Assembly (NCBI GenBank): GCA_964247445.1
Contig: CAXTUV010000001.1
Span: forward strand, 1 to 42,754
Direction of reading: 5' to 3'
Length of the DNA: 42,754 nucleotides
Source of the DNA: an uncultured Acidobacteriaceae bacterium
Lineage (GTDB): Bacteria; Acidobacteriota; Terriglobia; Terriglobales; Acidobacteriaceae
Under the pieces are notes generated by a model, which was not told the origin of the DNA, made no database searches, and was given only the letters and a program-made list of their open reading frames with translations. Below, in pieces: positions 34,710 to 42,754 of the stretch; position 1 is the first letter of the stretch; each line of letters opens with the position of its first letter. The position numbers and the translations under genes were made by a program.

Positions 34710-37700
34710 TAAGGGTCCGATCTTGGAACATGGTTATTTGCATCCTGGTCGTTGAAGTGTACGGTTTCTCCGTTCGGCTTAGGCCCTCGATTAGGCAAGT
34801 CTACTCTTGCAGTTCCGTCTGGATATAAGCGGAGTCTGCTGCCGTCATCGGAGACCTGATGTCCAGTTTTTGGATCGGTCGCCACATTCTGTCCTGCTGT
34901 TTGGTCAGCAAACGTGTCTCTCGCCGCGTCATGACCTCCCGGCAAATCTGTGTTCGTCCTTGTTCCAGCCTCTCTCGGATTATTGCCCACGAGAGGGCGC
35001 GCCAGGGTGGGTTCTGTAGCTACTGGTGTATCCGCCTCGCTCTGCCCGTCGCCAGCGGTCAGAGCCTGCCCGACCGCGCTTGCGGCTGCGCCGATCCGCG
35101 ACGCATCCTCGTTGAGAACCTGGCCTAGGGTGGAAACGAAATCCCGAATATCCAGGGCGATCTGCCCAGCCTGCTGTTGCGTGATCTGCTGCTGCGGGAA
35201 AAAGAGCGGCAGCGGACCCAGCGGAGCCGGAACTGCCGCCTGATGCCCGTCCCGGTCCACGCGGCTGATGGGGTTGTTGCCCACGTAGCTGTACAGGTTC
35301 AGCGTTTGCGGGTCCATCAGGTCCGCGTATGGCACCGGCTCGGGGCTTTCGCTCCAATCCGGGCTCATGAACCGGCTCAGGACCGAGTCGAAATAGCGCG
35401 CGTCGAAGTAGTCGTTGTTGGTTTCCTGGTCGCGCAGCTTGTCGGTGAAGTGGGTTTCCGTGTAGTCGTAGCCCGGGTTGCAGACCTGCCCGTCGCCGAA
35501 GGGACCGCTCATGCAGCTCTCGACGTAGTTGCCCTGCGTGTCCCCGTTCGCCTCCAGTGTGCCCACTTGGTTCACCAGCCGGAACTCGGTCCGCACCCCG
35601 CCCGGGCCCGCTGCGCCGATCCAGTCGCCCCAGTGCGTGCCACCGTTGTCGCGCAGCACGGTTCGGACCAGGTTGCCCGACGCGTCCACCGTCGTCGCCA
35701 GCTCGCCCGCCATGGTGTACAGGTATTCGGCCGTCACCGCGCCCCCGGTCACCGTCGCCACGCGCCGGCCTTCCGGGTCGTATTTGTATGCCACCCCCTG
35801 GTCCGTCACCGCCGCAATCCGGTTTTCCGCGTCCCAGGTGTAGTTGTGCAGCCCGTCCGAAAGCATGTTGCCGGCCGAGTCATAGGCCGTGCCCGGATTT
35901 GACGCCCTATTCTGGACCGTCGGCATGTATGCCCACTGGTAATTCGTACCCAGCAGCACCATGTGCGCGGTCTGGTTGCCCCACGGGTCGTACTGGTAAT
36001 CCTCCGTGTAGGGCGGCAGGCTCGCGTGCATGACCCGGTTCAGCTTGTCATACATGTAGGTGATGCTGCCCTGGGCCGAGTCGTCCGTTTCCATCACATT
36101 GCCGGCCGCGTCGTAGTTCCAGTGGTCGGCCAGCACCGTGTAGCCGCTCAGGTTGATGGAGGTGCGGTCCGTCATGCGGTTGCGCTTGTCGTAGCCCGAC
36201 ACCTGCCCATACTGCTGGCCGAGCTCAACCGTGGAAACCTTGCCGAAGGGCGTGTAGTTGAGCGTCGAAAGGACGAACTGCGGATGCGCCGCGTCGGCCA
36301 CGTCGGATTGGGCGCTGAACAGCTGCGACGCCGGGTTGTAGCTGAACGTCAGGCCGCCGTAGTAGTAGCCGCCGGGCGATGCCGCGTTGCGGGCCGCGTC
36401 CAGACCTCGGTCGGCGAAGGCCACGTTGCCGCCCAGGTCGTAGGAGGCATGTAGGTCGTAGTGGTCCGTGCCGCAGGTCGAGGGCGTGCAGGTCGATTTC
36501 AGCGTCGTGCGGCCGAGCGGGTCATACCCGTACACCACGGTCGAGCTGCCGTTAGTCGCGTAGGATAGCCGTCCGATGAGGTTGGCCTGCTGCACGCCGG
36601 TCCACTTGGGCGAAGCCTGGTCGATGAAGTTCCAGCCCTGAATCGGGGTGTCGTAGGTGTAGGCGACGGCCGGCGTGCCGGACGGATCGTTTGCGTAGCT
36701 CTTGCCTGTGACCCGGTTCAGCTTGTCGTAGGTGTAAGTGGTCACCACGCCGCGCGCGTCGGTGCGGGTGCGGACGTTGCCGTTGCCGTCGTAGGTGTAG
36801 CCGATCGTACCCGCTTCCGGGTTGGTGGAGGAAGTCAGCCGCGAAAGCGCGTCGTAGCTGAAGCCGCGCTGCCGGTCGCAGGCCGCGCCGCTTGCCGCCG
36901 CGCCGCTTGCCGAAAGGCAGCTGCTTGTGTTGCTGCCGCTCAAGCTGCCGAGCTGGTCCGCCTTGCGCAGATTGTCGAACCCGTCATAGGCGTAGTCGGT
37001 TTCGCTCGCGAGCGCTCCCGAGGCCGCGTCCGGCTCAATGACCGTGGTCAGCCGCCCGAGCGAGTCCGTGGTGCGCTGGGTGTGGTTGTTGAGTTCGTCG
37101 TACGCGTCGGCGGTCGCCCCTTGGAACGCGGCATGGGTGGCGTTGCCGTCCGGGAATTGCGTGTTGGTAACGCGGTCCAGGGCGTCGTAGGTATACGCGG
37201 TCAGGTCGCTTGTGGGCGAGCCCCGGTAGGGGTTGCTCACGCTCGCCACCCGGCCCACACCGTCGTACTGCGTGTCCACCGCGGTCGCGCCGCCAGGGTC
37301 GCTTTGGAGAACGGTTTGGCTTTTGCGCCCCAGCCCGTCAAGCACGGTTTGGGTGACCAGTGGCCCCGGATTGCCGGAAGCGGACAGGAGCTTGGTCATG
37401 GTGACCGTATTCGGCGCGCCGTCCGCATAGGCGACCTGCGTTTGTCCGCCGTCGGCGTAGTTCGTCTGGGTCGTCCGGCCCAGCGCGTCGTAGCCGTAGG
37501 CGGTCGCCGCGCCGTTCGCGTCGGTTTCGGTCGCTTTCAAACCACTGCACGATTTGTAGGTGAAGGTGGTCGACGCGCCGTTCGGCATCGTTACCTTGGT
37601 CAGATAAGCGCCCGTATTCGTCGCGGGAGCGCACGCCTGGTCGGTCCACGCATCGGCGTAGGAAAGAGCCGTCGTGTTGCCGTTGCCGTCCGTGATGGAA

Positions 37701-39424
37701 GACGGGTAGCCGTTGGTGTACGGCCCGTAGCCGGTGTTCTGCGTCTGCCCGTCGCTGCCCGCGCGGCTGACGCTCGTTGTGTTGCCGGCTCCGTCATAGC
37801 CGTAGGTCGCCTTGACGCTCGCCCCGTACACTTTGTCGGTGGTCGTACGCGTGTCCACCCGGTCGAGCGTGTGCGGGTTCGCGAACGAGGACTCCGGCTT
37901 CCAGTTCGTGGCCGCGGCGCGGATCCACGCGCCCCCGAAATCGTAGGTGTCGGCTTCCGTTACGTTGTCCAGCGACACGGTTTGCGTCGACCCGCCTGTC
38001 TGGAGGGCGTAGCTTTCCCCATAGGCGTACTGGACGTAGCTGGACAACGGAGACGCCGCGTCGTTGTAAGTCGTCGTGACTTTTTGCGGGAAGCTCAGTT
38101 CCGTGAAGTGCGGTGCCGAAGTGTAATCGGTATGCGTGGTGCGCAGGGCCTTGCCGCTTGCATCCTTCAGCACGACATCGGTTTCAAGCGGCGATTGGCT
38201 CACCGTGCCGTTCACCGTGAAGGTGTGAACCATCTGCCGGCCGCTCGGGTCGGCGACCGTCATGGTCTGGTTGTAGGCCGAGGTTGTGTCCGCTCCGCCC
38301 GCGAAGTAGTTGGACACTGAAGGCGTGTAGGTGGTTTTGTCTTCCTGGGAGCACTGGCCGCTTGAAGACCGGCACTCGTACTTGTTGGCGACCTGGAACA
38401 TATCGGAGCTGCACTCGACGTACCCCATGTCAAGCGGCTCGTTATAGTCGTTCCATTCGTAGCGGGTGTATCCACCGGCGGGGTAGGTGATCTTGGTCAG
38501 GTGCTTCGCGGCGTCGAAAACCACTTGAAAGACGCGCGTGTGGCCGGCGGCGTCCGCAGCGGGCAAAGTCAGGGTCTGCGTGTAGGTTTGCGTGGTGGGT
38601 GCGATCGGAGGCGAGTTGCCGTCCGGGGATACCGTGGGCGTGTGATACGGAGAGGTCTCTGTGCCTCCGTTCCACCTGCACTCCGTATTGGGGAACGTCA
38701 TGGCGGTGGAGCTTGCCGGACCCGATGCGAGCCCGCTCAGCGTGATGACCCGCTGGTCGGCGGCGCTTGTCGAATTGGAATCGTTGTAGGCGATCGAATC
38801 GCCCGGTTGGCCGTCCGCTGTTTGCCCGAGGTGGAACGTGATCTGGCGGCCCAAGGTGTCGGTCAAGGTCGCCGTGGATACTCCCACTGTCGGGCTCACC
38901 TCGTTGACGCTTACCGTGTTGCCGTTCACATCCACCATGCGCATGGTGCGGCTGTCCCAGTTCGCCTCGACCTGATTGCCTGAACCGGTAGCTCCCGGCG
39001 GGATGTTGGCGTATATGTCCTTATAGGTCGTGAAGTGGTACTGCGTTCCGTTCTTCGCGTACACGACGATGTCGCTTGGGTTGTTCGTGTCCAGCTTGTA
39101 GAAGGAGCCGTCCGTCGCGTCGGAAACCTGGATGATGCCGTAGCCGCGGATTTTGTTCTGGCTGCAGGAAGACGAGTTCGTGAACGTGTGGGGCGTCCCG
39201 CTCCAGTCGCTGAAGGTCCAGTTGGTTACGCAAAACACATGGATATTCTCTTCGGGTCCCTCGGGACCGTTTTGAGGAATCGCACCCGTGTATTCGGTGC
39301 TGTTCCGCAAGCGGGGAAGATTTACGGCCACCAGGGGAGCGTTCGGGCCTGCGAAGACTTCGTTGTAGGCGAACGTATCGACCGGAACGGGATAGCCGTC
39401 GCCCGTGTTGACCGACCCTCCCAC
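34709..39424 (-). CDS. RHS/YD-repeat polymorphic toxin (5' end disrupted)
   Basis: Many YD repeats (YGYDALGR, YTYDALDR, YTYDGNGN). Core FTDKLRDQET.NDYFDARYF..RFMSPD..NLYSYVGNNPISRVDRDG, followed by a ~178-aa variable tip. Confidence 0.93.
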   Translation of the reverse strand: MGGSVNTGDGYPVPVDTFAYNEVFAGPNAPLVAVNLPRLRNSTEYTGAIPQNGPEGPEENIHVFCVTNWTFSDWSGTPHTFTNSSSCSQNKIRGYGIIQVSDATDGSFYKLDTNNPSDIVVYAKNGTQYHFTTYKDIYANIPPGATGSGNQVEANWDSRTMRMVDVNGNTVSVNEVSPTVGVSTATLTDTLGRQITFHLGQTADGQPGDSIAYNDSNSTSAADQRVITLSGLASGPASSTAMTFPNTECRWNGGTETSPYHTPTVSPDGNSPPIAPTTQTYTQTLTLPAADAAGHTRVFQVVFDAAKHLTKITYPAGGYTRYEWNDYNEPLDMGYVECSSDMFQVANKYECRSSSGQCSQEDKTTYTPSVSNYFAGGADTTSAYNQTMTVADPSGRQMVHTFTVNGTVSQSPLETDVVLKDASGKALRTTHTDYTSAPHFTELSFPQKVTTTYNDAASPLSSYVQYAYGESYALQTGGSTQTVSLDNVTEADTYDFGGAWIRAAATNWKPESSFANPHTLDRVDTRTTTDKVYGASVKATYGYDGAGNTTSVSRAGSDGQTQNTGYGPYTNGYPSSITDGNGNTTALSYADAWTDQACAPATNTGAYLTKVTMPNGASTTFTYKSCSGLKATETDANGAATAYGYDALGRTTQTNYADGGQTQVAYADGAPNTVTMTKLLSASGNPGPLVTQTVLDGLGRKSQTVLQSDPGGATAVDTQYDGVGRVASVSNPYRGSPTSDLTAYTYDALDRVTNTQFPDGNATHAAFQGATADAYDELNNHTQRTTDSLGRLTTVIEPDAASGALASETDYAYDGFDNLRKADQLGSLSGSNTSSCLSASGAAASGAACDRQRGFSYDALSRLTSSTNPEAGTIGYTYDGNGNVRTRTDARGVVTTYTYDKLNRVTGKSYANDPSGTPAVAYTYDTPIQGWNFIDQASPKWTGVQQANLIGRLSYATNGSSTVVYGYDPLGRTTLKSTCTPSTCGTDHYDLHASYDLGGNVAFADRGLDAARNAASPGGYYYGGLTFSYNPASQLFSAQSDVADAAHPQFVLSTLNYTPFGKVSTVELGQQYGQVSGYDKRNRMTDRTSINLSGYTVLADHWNYDAAGNVMETDDSAQGSITYMYDKLNRVMHASLPPYTEDYQYDPWGNQTAHMVLLGTNYQWAYMPTVQNRASNPGTAYDSAGNMLSDGLHNYTWDAENRIAAVTDQGVAYKYDPEGRRVATVTGGAVTAEYLYTMAGELATTVDASGNLVRTVLRDNGGTHWGDWIGAAGPGGVRTEFRLVNQVGTLEANGDTQGNYVESCMSGPFGDGQVCNPGYDYTETHFTDKLRDQETNNDYFDARYFDSVLSRFMSPDWSESPEPVPYADLMDPQTLNLYSYVGNNPISRVDRDGHQAAVPAPLGPLPLFFPQQQITQQQAGQIALDIRDFVSTLGQVLNEDASRIGAAASAVGQALTAGDGQSEADTPVATEPTLARPLVGNNPREAGTRTNTDLPGGHDAARDTFADQTAGQNVATDPKTGHQVSDDGSRLRLYPDGTARVDLPNRGPKPNGETVHFNDQDANNHVPRSDP

Positions 39425-39436
39425 GGATTTTTTTTT

Positions 39437-39645
39437 TTAATTGTGCAGGTAGTTGATGTAGTATTTGTTTATGTTCGGCAGCGTCCAGCCGCCGCGCTGC
39501 GGGATCTGGAGCAGAGGAATGAACAGGTGCAGCGCTCCGTTGGCCAGCGTCACCTGCTCGTTCGTGCCTTCCGTGGCGGCCTGCGGCAAAATCCCGATCG
39601 GTGAAATGGTGTTGGGACGGTTGTCCGGGACCACGGGATCGGGAA
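39437..39645 (-). pseudogene. Detached N-terminal segment of the RHS gene
   Basis: GILPQAATEGTNEQVTLANGALHLFIPLLQIPQRGG resembles RHS N-terminal 'V.L.NG.L...IPL...RG' segments. It is in frame with the RHS ORF, separated by one TAA. Confidence 0.65.
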
Positions 39646-41109
39646 CCCGAGCACCACCGGGTTGCCGTACTTGCGGTTCTCGGTCACAGCGGTGTGGAGC
39701 TGCGGGAGCTTGTTCAGGCTCGCCAGCTCGTCGAGCACGAACCAGACCGGCTTCGCCTGATTCCGGCAGGGCTCCATCATGCGCAGGATCAGCAAGTCGA
39801 GCCACGCCGAATGGAGCGGCAGTACCCGCTCCCGCGCCGACGGCCGCGAAGCGAGAAACACCCACCGGGTCCGCTGGAAGCGCCACTCGCCCGTGACGAA
39901 CTTCTGCCGTGTCCCGTCCTTCTCGGGCAGCAAATCGAGCGAGTCGGCGATCATGTTCAAGCTCGCCAGCACCCCGGCTCGCTGCGGCCCGGCCTTCGCG
40001 TCAAGGTACGCGGCCTGGGGCGTCCCTTGACGCCTCCCGTCGATCTCCTCCGGGTTCGCCATCCACCCCAGCAGCTCGGCGGCCGACGGCCGGCTCCTGA
40101 GCAATCGTGAGAGCACCCGGCGCGGCGCGTCCGTGAAAAAGCCATGCTCATGCTCGCGCTCCGGCAGCATCGCGGCGGCGATCGCCTCCGCGTTTTCAGG
40201 CTGGAACAGCTCCTCCCGGAGATCCCAGTACGGGCACCGCTCGTCAAGCGGATTGAGCAGCAGGTCGCCCCGCTCGGGCCGGTAGAACTCTTGGGTGAAC
40301 TCGCCCGCCGGGTCGTACACCACGGCCGCCTCGCCCCGGCGCTCGACCTCGGCGAGTATCTGCCGGATGGCGTTCGACTTGCCGCTTCCCGTGTCGCCCA
40401 TCAGCAAGATGTGGCTGGATTCCAGCTTGCGCGGAATGCAGAAATTCGCCCCCGGCAGCCCCCATTTGCCCCGCAACCGGAGCCGGATGTCGTCGCCTTT
40501 CCGGCCCCGATTCCATCTCCAAGCCGACACCAACTCCGGGCCCTTGGTCCTCCGGCCGTGCCGCTCTTCGCCTTTCGACCGCCGCCCGGCCGCGAGCGCG
40601 AGCAGCAGCACCGCTGCCAATCCGAAGGCAGGCGTGGCCAGCATCCGCGCTGGCCTTTCCCCGTCGAAGAAGTCCCTCTGGACCGCAGCCGCGTAAAGCG
40701 CCGGGCGCTCGGCTGCCTTCACGATTTCAAGCCCCGCCCAGCCCTCGGCCCGCGCCTCGGAGGACAACTCCAGCGGCAGCTCCGGCCGGCCGGGAGTCTC
40801 GGCTCGAACTACGTCCGGCTCGCGCGCGAGCTCGGGGCTGCGCCCCGGCGCGGTCTTGTACACCCACGTAACGGGAAAACTCCGATCCCGGCCCGCACCC
40901 TGGCTATGGGCCGCTGCCCGCTCCAACTCCCCGCTCATCGCCGCCGCCATGTAGGGGGCGATGTACTGCTTTTGCAGCGGGTTCAACGTGAGCATGAACC
41001 AGCCGGAGAACAAAAGCGCGAGCGCGAAGGGGAGGACAAAGAGCAGCGGCACGAGAAGCAAAAGCCATGGGAACCCGCTGCCCGGAAACCGCATCGGATG
41101 CGCCGTCAC
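39641..41109 (-). pseudogene. Type IV coupling protein (TrwB/TraD-like), 3'-truncated
   Basis: N-terminal TM helices, Walker A HILLMGDTGSGKS, VYDP..EF, LNPLDERCP.W and Walker B WFVLDELASL.KL. Similarity ends abruptly after ENRKYGNPVVLGF. Confidence 0.85.
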
Positions 41110-41510
41110 TTCGCCTCCGGACGCGCCGCCGCAAGCCCGTGAAGAATCTCCTCGGCCTTCCCGTGCTTCACCGCGTCGGCGTGCCGGGCGATCTTACGCA
41201 CGGTCTCCTCGGACAGGTCGGAAGCCGCCGCGATCAGGTTCTGGGTGAGCGAGCGCAGGGCCAAAAGCTCGGCCAGCAGCACCGGGTCGGGCGGCGGTTG
41301 CTTGCCCGGCGCGGGCCTTCTCAAATGCGCGAGCGCCGCGTCGCGCAGCCACTCGGCGCAGGTCTTGCCCGCGCCCTCGGCGGCTCGCTCGACGGCTTCC
41401 ATTTCTGGCTTCGGCAGCCGGGTCGCGATGGTTTTGCCGCGCGCGGACGGCTTCAGTTCCGGGGTTGCGGACGGAGCGAGAAGCGGGGCGGGAACGCGGG
41501 AAAGGCTCAT
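41106..41510 (-). CDS. Ribbon-helix-helix relaxosome accessory protein (TrwA/MobC-like)
   Basis: KTIATRL...E..AVERAA...GKTCAEWLRDAAL RHH and LLAELLALRSL..NL. Overlaps the T4CP start. Confidence 0.78.
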   Translation of the reverse strand: MSLSRVPAPLLAPSATPELKPSARGKTIATRLPKPEMEAVERAAEGAGKTCAEWLRDAALAHLRRPAPGKQPPPDPVLLAELLALRSLTQNLIAAASDLSEETVRKIARHADAVKHGKAEEILHGLAAARPEAK

Positions 41511-41585
41511 CGGATGCGGGGCTCTGCGTGAAGGGAAACGGTAAGGGAAATGCGCGCGGGCGGTCAACTTTCTGCGGTATACAAC

Positions 41586-41786
41586 TGTTTACCTTGGTAA
41601 ACACGGGTAAACCGGAGCAGCTAAGTTACTGATTTCAGATACTCCGCTTCGGGCTTCCCGCGTTTCCAGGCGGGAACCGCCCGGTTTATACCTGTTTACC
41701 AAGATTCCAATTGGAATCTTTGGAGGGCTAAGTTGCTGTTTCCACTAGGGTTCCTATTGGAACCTTCCGGTACACAGGCGTTTACC
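41586..41786. promoter_or_regulatory. Candidate oriT / relaxosome-binding region
   Basis: TGTTTACC-tt-GGTAAACA (41586-41603); further GGTAAAC/GTTTACC at 41606, 41694 and 41780; perfect palindrome AAGATTCCAATTGGAATCTT (41701-41720); GGTTCC-tatt-GGAACC (41749-41764). All lie upstream of RHH-T4CP. Confidence 0.55.
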
Positions 41787-42134
41787 CATCGGGGATGGCG
41801 TGTCAGAGCTTCTTCCGCTGCGCAGCAGCGCGAGTTTGCTCTTCGCACTGCAACGGAACTGCACGGGAACAAGCACCACTCCGCGCTCGGCTCGTGCGCG
41901 CAACGTGCATGCTGCCGCTGCGCTCGGGATGCTGCGACGCGCACAACGCGCCTCGGTTCGCAAGCAAGATGCCGCGCGGTTTTCGCTCCACGGCGCGCAC
42001 GATCTCCGCTTCCCTCGCCGCTCGCTTCCGCACCGGCTCTCAGTCCCAAAATGGGAATCGCAGCGGCGGAAACGTACTCGGCCTTGCTCGGCGCGATGCT
42101 CGCTGCGCATCTCTTTTGTTTAACGGAGGCTCCC

Positions 42135-42335
42135 ATGTATCAGCCGCATGCCGCGTCGTTCCTGCCGCACATCAAGCACGTTCGCCACACCCCCGAAGGC
42201 CTGCTTGTCGAGTTCGATCAGGGCTCGACCTTCCTCTACCAGACCAGCTTCCTGTGGGACATGCGCGACTTCGAGGGCGATGTCCCGGTGGATGTCGCGC
42301 GCGGCCTGGCTTCCCCTTCGCCGACCATTCACTAG
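42135..42335 (+). CDS. Small hypothetical protein
   Basis: GGAGG RBS; EGLLVEFDQGSTFLYQTSFLWDMR beta-hairpin/helix pattern. Confidence 0.6.
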   Translation: MYQPHAASFLPHIKHVRHTPEGLLVEFDQGSTFLYQTSFLWDMRDFEGDVPVDVARGLASPSPTIH

Positions 42336-42661
42336 ACAGCGGCAAGCTTGCCTCGCATGAGATCGGCGCGCACACAGCGGTGCCGGTGGTACGCTTCAGC
42401 TCTGCACCGCAATGCTGCTTGAACACATGCTTGCAGTGCGTTTCCGGGAGATTGCGAATGACTCTTTAGCGGTGTGCGCCGCCGCTCTGTCTTGCAGTCA
42501 AACTTCACAAAACAGAGCGGCACAGCACTCATGTTGTGCGCTCTTTATGGATACGCTGAGCGCTGTTCCGGCAGAGGCACCGTGCCATCAAAGATGCCGC
42601 AAGCTTCTCCCAAACCTACTCAGATCCTGAACACAACACCATCTCAGCTCGCAACTTTGCC

Positions 42662-42754
42662 CTACTCCGCCCGCAGCGCGTCGACGGGGTTGACCGAGGC
42701 GGCGCGCCGGGCGGGCAGCGCGCTTGCCGCCAGCGCCGACGCGCCGAGCACCAG
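42662..42754 (-). CDS. C-terminus of a MacB/FtsX-type ABC permease (ADOP-like); 5' part outside window
   Basis: The reverse strand reads LVLGASALAASALPARRAASVNPVDALRAE*, the canonical PARRA..V.P..ALR.E terminus. Confidence 0.88.
   Translation of the reverse strand: MVLGASALAASALPARRAASVNPVDALRAE

Noticed and set aside
35800-37900. Periodic GTCGTA/GTAG repeats as a CRISPR or non-coding array
   Set aside because: They are the coding YD repeats of the RHS protein, with no constant repeat-spacer structure.
39428-39475. AAC-rich patch as a diversity-generating retroelement template repeat
   Set aside because: No reverse transcriptase and no matching variable repeat in the window.
34709-41109. 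T4CP-RHS as a functional type IV toxin-secretion fusion
   Set aside because: The two are in different frames and both are truncated at the junction; a deletion explains this more simply.

Overview
This is a GC-rich, mosaic accessory region, probably a decaying integrative/mobilizable island. The host is probably an acidobacterium (Terriglobia-like), inferred from the Oar-type TonB receptor, an ADOP-like permease tail and the style of the T4CP/RHH module. Left to right it contains: the 3' part of a tyrosine recombinase and a DUF1016/YhcG nuclease; a membrane peptide, radical SAM and MscS unit; a dinB pseudogene with an upstream AGGCATACC palindrome array; a BrnT/BrnA toxin-antitoxin pair; an M14 peptidase-TonB receptor-S9 peptidase uptake locus followed by two acyltransferases; and a TetR-controlled haloalkane dehalogenase/SDR/SDR/DUF1330 cassette. 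Next is an ~8 kb signalling and small-protein cluster: a GAF-PAS kinase, a sensor-less kinase broken by a 14-bp duplication, a Cys-less HMA protein, HU, Zn-finger proteins, Crp, an Asp-less receiver and a His-less DHp. After that come an excisionase-HTH/PIN/membrane-protein operon, an RHS toxin-immunity pair with a 49-bp orphan remnant, and a truncated coupling protein joined to the RHS 5' end, with an RHH gene and an oriT-like region. The strongest candidate for an undescribed system is the set of co-located 'pseudo' two-component parts that resemble the neighbouring kinases. All calls come from motif reading only; no database search was run. I found no CRISPR array, tRNA or rRNA.
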